Source: Candidatus Latescibacterota bacterium
GTDB lineage: Bacteria; Latescibacterota; CBDEFO01
Assembly (NCBI GenBank): GCA_965248755.1
Contig: OZ252149.1
Span: 1,472,001 to 1,536,000, forward strand
DNA: 64,000 nucleotides
Direction of reading: 5' to 3'
Position numbers and translations under genes: made by a program. Numbering within the stretch: the stretch's first letter is position 1; each line of letters opens with the position of its first letter. Shown here one piece after another: positions 40,941 through 53,684 of the stretch. The notes under the pieces are model-generated. The model made no database searches. It was not told the origin of the DNA and saw nothing but the letters and a program-made list of their open reading frames with translations.

Positions 40941-42287
40941 GGGTGTGTAAGGAAATTTGTGTAAATGGGGAAATGAGTTATATTAGTTGTCCACCATTTA
41001 CATAAGGAGTTCTTACATGGACAAGCTAGACCCGAAGTTGATTGATGAGCTTTTGAAGGATTACAAGAAGCCGGAAGACATAATTGGTGAGGAAGGTCTT
41101 TTGAAGCAGTTGACGAAGGCGATTCTTGAGCGGGCTCTGGAGTCAGAGCTTACGTATGAGTTAGGCTACGATAAGAGTTCTCCAGAAGGGAGGAACAGCG
41201 GTAATTCGCGCAACGGTAGGAGCACAAAGGGATTGAAGACAGATTATGGTGATCTGGAGATATCGGTGCCACGGGATCGGAACAGTCAGTTTGATCCGCA
41301 GATAGTGAGGAAGGGGCAGAGGCGATTTACAGGCTTTGATGATAAGATACTGTCTATGTATGCCCGAGGGATGACCACACGTGATATACAGGCTCATTTG
41401 GAGGAGATATACGGTGTAGAGGTGTCCCCTGATTTGATATCGACTGTGACCGATGGGATCATATCAGAGGTGAAGCAGTGGCAGGATCGTCCTTTGGAAG
41501 GGGTGTATCCCATAGTATTCTTTGATTCTCTGGTGATGAAGATTAGAGACGAAGGCCGGATCGTAAACAAGGCGGTGTATCTTGCGGTAGGGGTCGGTCT
41601 GGATGGGATGAAAGACGTTTTGGGTATCTGGATTGCAAAGAGCGAGGGGGCGAAGTTCTGGCTGCAAGTTTTCACGGAGCTTAAGAATCGGGGGATGAAC
41701 GATGTGTTGATAGCTTGCGTGGATGGTCTCCAGGGTCTTCCAGAGGCTATTGAATCCGTATTTCCCCAAGCAGAGGTCCAGCTCTGTATTGTCCATGTGG
41801 TGAGGAATTCCTTGAAGTTCGTGTCGTATAGGGATCGTAAGAAGATTGCCGCCGACCTCAAGAATATATACCGAGCCCCCACGGTAGAACAGGCTGAAGA
41901 GGCCCTTGGAGATTTTCAGGAGGCTTGGGACAGCCGTTATCCGATGATAAGTAAATCGTGGCAGAATAACTGGTCTCGGATCATCCCGTTTTTCGCCTAC
42001 TCTGAAGAGATCCGAAGGGTGATCTATACCACAAACGCCATCGAATCGCTTAATAACTCTCTACGGAAAGTAATAAAGAACAGAAATAGCTTCCCAAACG
42101 ACGAGACAGCGATTAAGTTACTCTATATGACACTCAAGAATATCAAGAAAAAATGGACGATGCCGATCAGGAACTGGAGCTTGGCCATTCACCAATTCTC
42201 CATCCACTTCGAGGGGAGATTTGGTATAGAATAAGCCGAAAAGGGTACAGAAGAAAATCCCATTTACACAAAAAAACTGACAGACCC
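40941..42287 (+). mobile_element. IS256-family element copy 2 (intact transposase 41017-42234)
   Basis: Same IRs; PRDR, YPIVFFD, DGL.GL, QLCIVH, YTTNAIES; flanks show no TSD. Confidence 0.95.
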
Positions 42288-42365
42288 AATTTTTCCTTCA
42301 TATGAATGCCTATCAAGTAACTTGTCTGTCTAAAGAAGGTTTATACAGATTTCTATGCTATTAAC

Positions 42366-42551
42366 CTATATACTGCGGTGCTCCCCTGGAAAGCGACACC
42401 GATTAAGCAACCACGGGTAGCAGATAAGCTGGCTAATACCATTTTCCCGCCATAGTTCCGATACATTACCGCCTCTCAAAAGACCCAGCACAACCTCTAT
42501 CTTAGGAGTCACCACCCAGCGCGTACCATCCTTCACTTCGGCGCTTGACAC
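42366..42551 (-). pseudogene. IS3-like transposase OrfA (HTH) remnant
   Basis: KIEVVLGLLRGGNVSELWRENGISQLICYPW. Confidence 0.55.
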
Positions 42552-43053
42552 TCTGAGCTACTTTCTCAAACCCTAATTTGCGAAATATTTGTCGCTCTGT
42601 CAAGGAGAGCGGTCTGATCCATCGGTTTGAACCAATTGTTTCATCGATCTTATCTTCTAATTCAGAGAGTTCTTCTGGTGCATTAATGTCACCGTGATAA
42701 TGCGCTATTGCTTTTGTTTCCCCATCAATGGTTATGGAGGTTAAAGCAGAAGAACTGTCGGTAACGAAATACTCTTCGTAGCTATCCTTTAAAGAGTAAT
42801 AGTCTATTCTCTCAAACTCTGAAATCAATTGTCTAATTTTCCGCTTACTGACAGTACTCGTCCTTTTGCCCGTAACCTTAACAAACATCTCACCTTCATA
42901 GACAACCCTCCCCTTGCCATATATTGTTAGCTTATAAACAGGGCAAAGGCCATAACATGGTGTTCTTTCCAGCGTGATAACTACGCCCTTAAAATTCGTT
43001 ATGGTCGCCAAAGGATTCCTTTCGGTATTCGTAGACGTGTGTTTCTTTTTCAT
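42502..43053 (-). CDS. DUF6438-like protein
   Basis: ITLERTPCYGLCPVYKLTIYGKGRVVYEG; the C-terminus runs into the IS remnant. Confidence 0.7.
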   Translation of the reverse strand: MKKKHTSTNTERNPLATITNFKGVVITLERTPCYGLCPVYKLTIYGKGRVVYEGEMFVKVTGKRTSTVSKRKIRQLISEFERIDYYSLKDSYEEYFVTDSSSALTSITIDGETKAIAHYHGDINAPEELSELEDKIDETIGSNRWIRPLSLTERQIFRKLGFEKVAQSVKRRSEGWYALGGDS

Positions 43054-43118
43054 CTTATGTGTCTCCTGCTGTGAGTGGCATAGCTACTCATCTCTCTATA
43101 TCACAAGCCTACTGAGGT

Positions 43119-43273
43119 TCACCGCATCAAGACCAGCTTCCTTGTCTTCACAAACCCATCTGTCTCCATCCGATACAAATAAACGCCGCTGGCCGGGCTT
43201 TCTCCGTTATTATCTTTGCCATCCCGGACTATAGAAGAACGTAAGCCTCAGGAACGTCTGATGGTAGTTCTGC
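43119..43273 (-). pseudogene. Detached T9SS-CTD/FlgD-Ig-like C-terminal domain remnant of the FG-GAP gene
   Basis: After the TAG: AELPSDVPEAYVL, then shifted SIVRDGKDNNGESPASGVYLYRMETDGFVKTRKLVLMR*. Confidence 0.7.
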
Positions 43274-43795
43274 CTACTCATTTATGGTAGCGGGGGTAGT
43301 GGACAGATTCAGCAACACTGATACATTATTGCTGCCCGCATTAGCCACAGCCAGGTCATTATTACCATCTCCATCTAAATCTGCAATGAAAACCAAACGG
43401 GGACTATGCCCAGCAGCATAGTCAGCCCTACGTGCAAATGTACCATCTCCATTATTCAACAACACTGATGCACCGACGCCTCCAGCCACAGCTAGGTCAT
43501 TATCACCATCTCCATCTAAATCTGCAATGAATACTGATATGGGCCAATCCCCAGCAGGATAGTTTACTTTAGGTGCAAATGTCCCATTTCCATTGTTCAA
43601 CAGCACCGATACATAGTCGAGTCCAGCCACAGCTAAGTCATTGTCGCCATCTCCATCTAAATCTGAGACGAATACTGACGTAGGACGATCCCCAGCAGGA
43701 TAGTCAGACCTGGGTCCGAAAAGATCCTGTGCATAGGGAGTCGCACTCAAAGGGAAAAGCAGTACCAAAGCAGTGTAGAACATTTTCTGTATCAT
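43274..43795 (-). CDS. Secreted FG-GAP/VCBS repeat protein, truncated
   Basis: Signal peptide; 3x DLDGDG(D/N)NDLAVA..VSVLLN-like repeats. Confidence 0.8.
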   Translation of the reverse strand: MIQKMFYTALVLLFPLSATPYAQDLFGPRSDYPAGDRPTSVFVSDLDGDGDNDLAVAGLDYVSVLLNNGNGTFAPKVNYPAGDWPISVFIADLDGDGDNDLAVAGGVGASVLLNNGDGTFARRADYAAGHSPRLVFIADLDGDGNNDLAVANAGSNNVSVLLNLSTTPATINE

Positions 43796-43958
43796 TATTA
43801 GGTGTCCGTTGCTATGCCAAAGAGAGTTGTTACGGAGATTCTTCACAGTCAATCAGGAGAGAAGATACAACTGAGGTGAGTAGATGTCGATAGAGGATAG
43901 ATAACTGGGAAAATGGTCAGAGAAAATCCTCAAAAGATAAAAGTTTCCGCATCCGAAA

Positions 43959-45305
43959 GGGTCTGTCAGTTTTTTTGTGTAAATGGGATTTTCTTCTGTA
44001 CCCTTTTCGGCTTATTCTATACCAAATCTCCCCTCGAAGTGGATGGAGAATTGGTGAATGGCCAAGCTCCAGTTCCTGATCGGCATCGTCCATTTTTTCT
44101 TGATATTCTTGAGTGTCATATAGAGTAACTTAATCGCTGTCTCGTCGTTTGGGAAGCTATTTCTGTTCTTTATTACTTTCCGTAGAGAGTTATTAAGCGA
44201 TTCGATGGCGTTTGTGGTATAGATCACCCTTCGGATCTCTTCAGAGTAGGCGAAAAACGGGATGATCCGAGACCAGTTATTCTGCCACGATTTACTTATC
44301 ATCGGATAACGGCTGTCCCAAGCCTCCTGAAAATCTCCAAGGGCCTCTTCAGCCTGTTCTACCGTGGGGGCTCGGTATATATTCTTGAGGTCGGCGGCAA
44401 TCTTCTTACGATCCCTATACGACACGAACTTCAAGGAATTCCTCACCACATGGACAATACAGAGCTGGACCTCTGCTTGGGGAAATACGGATTCAATAGC
44501 CTCTGGAAGACCCTGGAGACCATCCACGCAAGCTATCAACACATCGTTCATCCCCCGATTCTTAAGCTCCGTGAAAACTTGCAGCCAGAACTTCGCCCCC
44601 TCGCTCTTTGCAATCCAGATACCCAAAACGTCTTTCATCCCATCCAGACCGACCCCTACCGCAAGATACACCGCCTTGTTTACGATCCGGCCTTCGTCTC
44701 TAATCTTCATCACCAGAGAATCAAAGAATACTATGGGATACACCCCTTCCAAAGGACGATCCTGCCACTGCTTCACCTCTGATATGATCCCATCGGTCAC
44801 AGTCGATATCAAATCAGGGGACACCTCTACACCGTATATCTCCTCCAAATGAGCCTGTATATCACGTGTGGTCATCCCTCGGGCATACATAGACAGTATC
44901 TTATCATCAAAGCCTGTAAATCGCCTCTGCCCCTTCCTCACTATCTGCGGATCAAACTGACTGTTCCGATCCCGTGGCACCGATATCTCCAGATCACCAT
45001 AATCTGTCTTCAATCCCTTTGTGCTCCTACCGTTGCGCGAATTACCGCTGTTCCTCCCTTCTGGAGAACTCTTATCGTAGCCTAACTCATACGTAAGCTC
45101 TGACTCCAGAGCCCGCTCAAGAATCGCCTTCGTCAACTGCTTCAAAAGACCTTCCTCACCAATTATGTCTTCCGGCTTCTTGTAATCCTTCAAAAGCTCA
45201 TCAATCAACTTCGGGTCTAGCTTGTCCATGTAAGAACTCCTTATGTAAATGGTGGACAACTAATATAACTCATTTCCCCATTTACACAAATTTCCTTACA
45301 CACCC
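43959..45305 (-). mobile_element. IS256-family element copy 3 (intact transposase 44012-45229)
   Basis: Appears identical to copy 2, inverted; no TSD; truncates mgtE. Confidence 0.95.
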
Positions 45306-46214
45306 GAACGTTATTACACCAGCTGAGATAAAAGTCCCGAACAGACACACCAAAAGCCAGGGAAGCCTTATCCCCGCTATCTTGAGAACAGACCGGCTCG
45401 CCTGCTCCTCTTCGCTGGTCCCCGCCATCTTATATGCGTCCTCAGTAGCCTCATCCTCCAACGCCTGCAGGACAGCGTCTGATGTTATCTGACCTAAAAG
45501 CTTATTGTTCCCATCTACAACAGGAACAGCTAAGAGATTGTACCTGCTGAAACTCCTTGTTATCTCCTTTCGATCCAACAGGACATCTACAGTGAGAACG
45601 TCAGGATCTAAGATGTCCGCCATAACCATCCAGGGCTGAGCGGTCACAAGCCTCCTTATAGAGACAACACCTACAAGACGATTCTGGTTGTCCACCACGT
45701 ACACGTAAAATATCGCATTAGATTGGCCCCAATCCCTCATATAATCTATAACCTACGGGACGGTCATGTTCCCTTGAACAGAGATCAGATGCGGAGTCAT
45801 TAAACTCCCCGTCGTGCCCTCGGGATATTGAAAGAGGTCCCTCACCTCCTCGACGCTCGCCTCCTCCAAAAGTTCTATAACCTCTTCGAGCCCTTCTTCG
45901 GGAAGATCAGCTATAATGTCCACCGTTTCGTCGGGAGGCAGATTCTCCACTATCTCTACCAACTCTTTGCTGTCTATGTCCTCTAAAATCTCGACCCTGG
46001 ATGCCCTGTCAAGTTCTTCTAACACAACTCCGAAGTCTTCCTCACCTAATAGACTGAACACAAGTTCTCTTCCATCCTCATCTAAATATCTGAGAGCATC
46101 GGCTACATCCGCAGGATGATGATCCTTTAAAATCCCCACCAAACAATCCAGATCCTACCGTTCAAGACAGTCCTTGATTATATCAAAAAGATATGGGCCG
46201 TTCTCTTCGGACAT
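45306..46214 (-). pseudogene. mgtE: Magnesium transporter MgtE pseudogene
   Basis: HPADVA, YPEGTTGSLMT, CBS motifs, RLPWL. Two in-frame TAGs (~46155 and 45753); cut by IS256 in the TM region. Confidence 0.85.
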
Positions 46215-46420
46215 ATCTGTCTATATTCCTTTCAACTCAGTCGACCTTGTGATCTCATCTATGGCTATTCCTTAACACCACTTTGTAATTGAAAGAATAT
46301 AACAATACGATACGTCTATGTCACAGAGAAATCCATATTTGTCCTTGACCCTGATGGAAAGGCTCGTTATTTTAAAGGCAGGAAGAGGCAACGGTTTTTC
46401 TTTTTCGTTTTGGATTTTTT

Positions 46421-48169
46421 ATGATATTCGATGTCCTTACACAGATAGAAGACGCTCTTAAAAAGAGAGCAGAATATGCTATTTCTTCCCTCTTTTCTAT
46501 CACCGGATTAAGCTTCAGATTCACATCTCATATAGATGGCGATGAAAATGCGGTGATACACTACGGTTCAACGTTCTCCGACAAATATACAAAGATGTGC
46601 CGAGGCGGGACACTATTCATCCACATCCCCTGTTGTTCGCACCTGTATGGTTCTGAGTGGGGACAGGAAGAATTCGGAGAGATTGAAAAATCTCTTAGAT
46701 ATTTCAAAGATCCAAAGACCGAGGAGAACATCCCATTTTGGGGCGATGTAAAATCTCAAAATGATACTTCCCACTCGCAGCGGTCGAACCAGCCTGCCAC
46801 GATAGAAAAGATTGGCTCCGGAGCGTTATGCGTCTTCAACTTCGACCTCTTTGCCAATACGTTCTTGCATCTATCCCGAATCGAAGAACAGCACAACGCA
46901 AAACGCGATAAATGGAATAGATTTCCAAGTAGCCAGAGTCTCCTCGGAAGATCGGGACTTCTCGATCGCGCGGTGATAGACGAACACGCGCAGGCGCTCA
47001 TAAACGTCATAATCGAATGCTGTCGCGTCACAGGCAAGATTCTGATCCGAAAATGTGCCTGGCCCCGGGGGAAACCGTTTGCTGCCTTTTTTTCGCACGA
47101 TGTGGACCGAATAAGAAAGTGGACCCCCAAAAGGATCGGCTACGAGACTATAAGAAGTGCAAGACATCCTCTGAAGTTAAAAGAGTTAGCTCTATCCGTA
47201 CTCAGAGATAAAGACCCGTACTGGACATTCGACCGACTCCTTCAGATGGAAGAAAGGGCAGGTGTTAAATCCTCCTTCTACTTCGGAGTCAAAAGGAGAG
47301 TCAAAGCCGACCCCTCCTACCATATCAATCGCAGAGATGTGCAGGAGCTAATAAAAAAGCTCAAAAAGCGAGGATGCGAAATCGGTCTCCATGGGGGTAT
47401 GACATCCTACAGGGACGTATCTCAACTCAAATCCGACAAGAAGGTGCTCGAGGGGATATCAAAAGGAGAGATCTCTGGAGTCAGGCAGCACTATCTCAGA
47501 CTGGACTACGACACCACGCTAAAGAGCCAAGAGATCGCCGGATTTCAGTACGACGCCACATTAGGATATGCAGATTGTGAGGGATTTAGAGCGGGAACAT
47601 CTTTCCCATTCCACCCGTTCGACCACACCCAGGAACAAAAAATGGATTTTCTGGAGATACCGCTCAGCCTTATGGACTCGGCCCTGACAGGATATAAGGG
47701 CTACACTGTCCAAGAAGCCTTCGAGGCGACCCAAAGCCTGCTCCAAAAGGCGGAGAAAAATGGCGGTCTCTTCACTTTCCTTGTGCACCAAAACAGTCTC
47801 GACAAAAGCGAATTTCCATATATAGAACCGCTCTATGAACACACTCTCATGATGATACAGGAGAGTGACCCCTATTGCGCCACTGGAAAGGAGATAGCTG
47901 ATTGGTGGAGGGATAGAGAATCGTTGAGGATAATTCAACAACAACGAAAGGGAAAAACGTTAGAATGTTTCCTCGAATCCGAAAGAGAAATCCCGCATAT
48001 TACCATAACTATAGAGCCTGTCGTTAACCTCGATAGTATTAAGATAGAAGTTGACGGCTGCAACCATGTTGACGGCTGCAACCATAAAGAGGCAAACGAT
48101 GCCCTCAGGATCCAATTGGAATCTGTGCCCCAAAACAGGACCGTCAGGATCAAGTTGAGGCGCTTATGA
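46421..48169 (+). CDS. Polysaccharide deacetylase family protein
   Basis: SHDVD, EIGLHG, GVRQHYL, YDATLGY, GFRAGT.FPF; upstream TTGACC-17-TATTTT at 46345-46373. Confidence 0.8.
   Translation: MIFDVLTQIEDALKKRAEYAISSLFSITGLSFRFTSHIDGDENAVIHYGSTFSDKYTKMCRGGTLFIHIPCCSHLYGSEWGQEEFGEIEKSLRYFKDPKTEENIPFWGDVKSQNDTSHSQRSNQPATIEKIGSGALCVFNFDLFANTFLHLSRIEEQHNAKRDKWNRFPSSQSLLGRSGLLDRAVIDEHAQALINVIIECCRVTGKILIRKCAWPRGKPFAAFFSHDVDRIRKWTPKRIGYETIRSARHPLKLKELALSVLRDKDPYWTFDRLLQMEERAGVKSSFYFGVKRRVKADPSYHINRRDVQELIKKLKKRGCEIGLHGGMTSYRDVSQLKSDKKVLEGISKGEISGVRQHYLRLDYDTTLKSQEIAGFQYDATLGYADCEGFRAGTSFPFHPFDHTQEQKMDFLEIPLSLMDSALTGYKGYTVQEAFEATQSLLQKAEKNGGLFTFLVHQNSLDKSEFPYIEPLYEHTLMMIQESDPYCATGKEIADWWRDRESLRIIQQQRKGKTLECFLESEREIPHITITIEPVVNLDSIKIEVDGCNHVDGCNHKEANDALRIQLESVPQNRTVRIKLRRL
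48050..48085 (+). repeat. Perfect 18-bp in-frame tandem duplication
   Basis: GTTGACGGCTGCAACCAT x2 (VDGCNH VDGCNH). Confidence 0.9.
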
Positions 48170-48249
48170 ACAGATCTGTGGGAATATATCTGGTGAGAGG
48201 AAAACCAACGTCTTCTACGTACCTTCTCGAGTCGTCAGACAGTTTCTGC

Positions 48250-49846
<1,597 letters not shown>

Positions 49847-50089
49847 ACTCTTTTACCTCCTTAGTTAACCAAAGCTAATTTAGAAGTGTAATTTTACCCT
49901 TGAACAGATCATAATCCGTTTCAAAGGTTGCTCGTATTACTAGACCCCAAACCGTCCATAAGGTTCCCTACTTGCCAAAAATAGCACCCCAATCAGGAAT
50001 TCTGGAAATAAAACACGCTGCAGCTACTTTTGCGAAGGGCAACGTCCTTAGCTCCTGAATGTCTCAAACAGCCTGTATATTTATATAAT

Positions 50090-50118
50090 AGTATAACCAA
50101 TATATGGATAAAAGTCAA
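50090..50118 (-). promoter_or_regulatory. sigma70 promoter upstream of the sigma gene
   Basis: Minus strand TTGACT-17 nt-TATACT. Confidence 0.6.
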
Positions 50119-50280
50119 CAGCTTTTTCCTGTGAGTTTGATAAAATTGGGGATAAAAAGATCGTGGATGACGACCGGAAAACCTGAGTATCAAGATTTCC
50201 TGAAGGTTTATACTTATTAGCAATCTGTAATGGCTTCATCTTTGAAATAGGAACAACCATCGCATCTTCAAACAAAGGCC

Positions 50281-50309
50281 TTGACAAATACTTTCAGTTG
50301 GGCTACTCT
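50281..50309 (+). promoter_or_regulatory. sigma70 promoter for the aminotransferase
   Basis: TTGACA-17 nt-TACTCT. Confidence 0.55.
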
Positions 50310-50380
50310 TTTTATGTTTGTAGGATGGTTAAAGACTAATTGACGATAGATAAAAGAACGTTAGACAAAAGGAGATTCAG

Positions 50381-51769
50381 ATGTCCCGGGTGATCAAGGA
50401 GAACCTGCGTTTCGACATCGAAGAGGAATATCAAAGAGTATTTGCCGATTACAAGAGGGCACACGACAGGGCTTTGTCTCTATTTCCGAACGGTGTCACC
50501 CACGACAACAGGTATTATGAACCCTTTCCCATCTACATAGACAGGTGTCAGGGATCGAAAAAGTGGGACAAAAACGGAAGAGAGTACATAGATTATTGGA
50601 TGGGGCACGGAGCATTGATTCTGGGCCACTGTCACCCGAAGGTTGTGGAGGCACTTAAAAGACAAATAGAAAGGGGAACTCACTACGGAGCGTGTAACGA
50701 ACTGGAGATAGAATGGGCGGAGCTCGTACTGGAGCTCTTGCCAAGAATGGACAGGATCAGGTTTACAAGCTCTGGTACCGAGGCCACGCTTATGGCGCTG
50801 AGGCTGGCAAGGGCGTTTACTGGAAAGAGAAAGTTCATAAAGTTTAGGGGACATTTCCACGGATGGCACGACAGTGTGATAGTGGAGACATATCCCCCCT
50901 TCGACGGGCATATCCCGAACGGTCTTTTGGATGAGGTCTTCCAAAGTGCTGTCATCTGTCCGCCTAACGATATAGATGGAGTCGAGGAAGAACTGAAAAA
51001 GGACAACGATATATCTGCAGTGATACTGGAGCCTTCAGGGGCGAACTTCGGGGTTATACCTACTAAGGAGGGTTTCCTCAACGACTTAAGGGCAGTAACA
51101 AAAAGATACAACTGCCTTCTGATCTTCGACGAGGTGATAACGGGGTTCAGATGCTCTCCAGGGGGAGCGCAGGAATATTACGATATATGCCCCGACATCA
51201 CAACCCTTGCCAAGATCCTGGCGGGAGGACTTCCGGTGGGCGCAGTGGCAGGAAGGGCTGATATAATGGAGATCTTACAGTTCAAGGAAGATTTAAGATG
51301 GAACGATCACAAAAAGATGCACCATCCGGGGACGTTCAACGCCAATCCGCTTTCTGCTGTTGCCGGTATAGCCACACTCAGGGAGGTAAAATCCGGAGAG
51401 GAGATAGAAAAGGCTAATAAGTTGGGGGCGTATCTGACCGACCTGTTTAACGAGATTATCTTAAAGCACGGGCTAACCTGGCACACCTACAGGCATTTTT
51501 CGGGCTTCATGCTGCTTATGTACGAAGACGCCTACAAGCTGCGCTCAGGAGAGATGAAGGCCTGGCAGTACGATATAGAGAGGTTGAAGAAAGGCGGTCC
51601 ACCTGAACTTAGCCAAAGATTCGGGAGCGCGATGCGCCTAAATGGGATAGATTTGGGTGGTCTCAAGGGGTTGACGTCTTCCGTGCACTCGGAGGAAGAT
51701 ATAGAAACGACTGCTGAGGCGTTCGAAGCGTCAATAGGTATGCTGAAGAAGGAAGGGACGATACCTTGA
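50381..51769 (+). CDS. Class-III PLP aminotransferase (glutamate-1-semialdehyde aminomutase-like)
   Basis: SGTEAT, FHGWHD, FDEVITGFR, TLAKILAGG, GTFNANP. Confidence 0.88.
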   Translation: MSRVIKENLRFDIEEEYQRVFADYKRAHDRALSLFPNGVTHDNRYYEPFPIYIDRCQGSKKWDKNGREYIDYWMGHGALILGHCHPKVVEALKRQIERGTHYGACNELEIEWAELVLELLPRMDRIRFTSSGTEATLMALRLARAFTGKRKFIKFRGHFHGWHDSVIVETYPPFDGHIPNGLLDEVFQSAVICPPNDIDGVEEELKKDNDISAVILEPSGANFGVIPTKEGFLNDLRAVTKRYNCLLIFDEVITGFRCSPGGAQEYYDICPDITTLAKILAGGLPVGAVAGRADIMEILQFKEDLRWNDHKKMHHPGTFNANPLSAVAGIATLREVKSGEEIEKANKLGAYLTDLFNEIILKHGLTWHTYRHFSGFMLLMYEDAYKLRSGEMKAWQYDIERLKKGGPPELSQRFGSAMRLNGIDLGGLKGLTSSVHSEEDIETTAEAFEASIGMLKKEGTIP

Positions 51770-51781
51770 CCTTAAGCGGAT

Positions 51782-52336
51782 TTAAGGTGCAGAAACTGAG
51801 GTAATTTCGTACTGAGCGGCCACCGATTCATGTCTTTCAGGGCCGTGTCGGAGCAGTCTTACAACTTTCTTATATCGGGAACTTGCGGCCTTCCTTGAGA
51901 TACCCATCACCTCCCCGATCTCCCTGAAGGACAATCCCTTCAAGAATAGCCCGACCACCTGAAAATCTTTTTCATCAAGGAACGTCTCCATGATTTCCTC
52001 AAGCCGAGCCCACATTATGGGGTCCATCCCATCGCTTATCAGATCTGCTATACAACAAGGCTTATCCTGAGACTGTCTGGCGTCCGATATAGCTTGGATC
52101 TGTTGCGGAGAGTACGAGTGGAATATCAATTTTTCATTCTTCTTACCCATAGTAACCTGTCCCCAAAAGCGTTCAGATGGAACATCAACATCGAAAGGGA
52201 ATCCCCAAGAGTATCCAAAGAACTTTTCTGGTAAGATCCCAGTTCTTGAACGCATCTGTCCCCCAGGCCTACGCTTTTTCTGCTCAGCTAATTTGCCGAA
52301 CCCATATCCCGATAACTCACTTGGAGTCGTCGCCAT
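51782..52336 (-). CDS. Hypothetical protein with C-terminal sigma-70 region 4-like HTH
   Basis: LDEKDFQVVGLFLKGLSFREIGEVMGISRKAA; upstream TTGACA-17-TATATT on the minus strand (52387-52415). Confidence 0.6.
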   Translation of the reverse strand: MATTPSELSGYGFGKLAEQKKRRPGGQMRSRTGILPEKFFGYSWGFPFDVDVPSERFWGQVTMGKKNEKLIFHSYSPQQIQAISDARQSQDKPCCIADLISDGMDPIMWARLEEIMETFLDEKDFQVVGLFLKGLSFREIGEVMGISRKAASSRYKKVVRLLRHGPERHESVAAQYEITSVSAP

Positions 52337-52498
52337 TTGAGCAGTCTGCGTTGTCTCTCCGAAAAGTTATGCGCTAACACATTTACAATATATATCATCC
52401 TGTATCCAATGTCAAGCGGGTTTTTGTCAAAGTGGAGGGTCCACTGCGGCAATGCTCAAAGCTCGTAGACGAATAGGTTCACCGGGATACACAGATCC

Positions 52499-52720
52499 GC
52501 CGAGATGTGCTACATTGCAGGATTAAGGCCCCAAGAGCGCATTTTGTAGAGTCGGGAACAGAGGATAGTATATTCCGAGGCTACAGTGGAGTCCTTCCAA
52601 AAGGCCAAGAGAATCTATAAGGTATTCAAAGTGGAAGACAGAATAGATATGGAGATATTTGAGGGAGAACAGAGCTTTTACGGGAAAGGAGCCTTCAAGT
52701 TCCTCAGAAGTGGCTCTGAA
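52499..52720 (+). pseudogene. Alpha/beta hydrolase C-terminal remnant
   Basis: Frameshifted AEMCYIAGL / APRAHFVESGTEDSIF / EATVESFQKAKRIYKVFKVEDRIDMEIFEGEQSFYGKGAFKFL. Confidence 0.6.
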
Positions 52721-52964
52721 TTTACACTTTGGGTAATGTGCACACTCTTGTAGTACTAAACCTTTGGCATGCAAGCTAACATACCTCCGGAATATTGGAA
52801 AGGATAACTTAAGTTCATGTTAGACGTTTGAGCCTACCTTTTCCTTTTGGCCAAGCTCTGAGCGCTCAGTGTGCGGCTTCTACTCCTGTCCATATCAAAT
52901 TAAGAATATAAGGAAGAAAGGCTTCAATCTTTCTTGCCATAGATCAGTTTGCAATAGAAATCCT

Positions 52965-53573
52965 CTACTGGAGGATAGGATCATCGATCCAACGGACTAT
53001 CTTCCACAGGCCCTTCTCGTTCTGCCTCAGCTTAAAGGTCATATTCTGGCTTACGCGGAAGCCGTTTTCCCCTGTCTCATCCACCATAAACATATTCACG
53101 GGACCGAAGAACACCTCCCAATCCTCGTCGGGATGAGCGTTAGGATCGCCCTCAAATTGTGGAAGCTCAGTTCCCTTCTCCTCTGTGAATCTCCCTCGTG
53201 TGCCCCCAGCCTGAGTAAACTCGAAATCAAAGATCGCGAACTCCTCAAAGATGCGTTTCACAACCTCAATATCCCGATCCTTTCCCCATGCGAAATCCAG
53301 ACTATCCGTTTGGTTCGGTTCTGTCCACCAATATCTTTCATCGAGCAGGTCTTCATAGACTGCAATGTCATTATCATCCATAGCAAAATCCAGATTATCA
53401 AGGAAAATCTCAGGCGTTGTAGCATCTGGAATAACACCTATTTTGTCGTCAGGGCCAGGGTCTACGAAGGGTTCCTTCGGCTTAGGGCTAAAGGGATTAC
53501 TGCATCCTATTATGAGTGCAAAGAAGATTATGCACACTGTAGAAACACAAATAAAACACTTCATCATTGCCAT
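52965..53573 (-). CDS. Hypothetical lipoprotein (possibly NTF2-like)
   Basis: Lipobox IIGC followed by SNPFSP; ends WKIVRWID. Confidence 0.7.
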   Translation of the reverse strand: MAMMKCFICVSTVCIIFFALIIGCSNPFSPKPKEPFVDPGPDDKIGVIPDATTPEIFLDNLDFAMDDNDIAVYEDLLDERYWWTEPNQTDSLDFAWGKDRDIEVVKRIFEEFAIFDFEFTQAGGTRGRFTEEKGTELPQFEGDPNAHPDEDWEVFFGPVNMFMVDETGENGFRVSQNMTFKLRQNEKGLWKIVRWIDDPILQ

Positions 53574-53684
53574 TATCTTCCCATCTCTTTCTTCAATTAA
53601 TTTCAGCTATGGAACATAGCGATTTCCGTGTTTGCGAAGTGCTGAAGGCACACAGTTGCGATCTTAACATGATGTTCTAACTCC

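Noticed and set aside
50381..51769. Calling this gene hemL
   Set aside because: The family is clear, but it is divergent and has no heme-gene context; symbol withheld.
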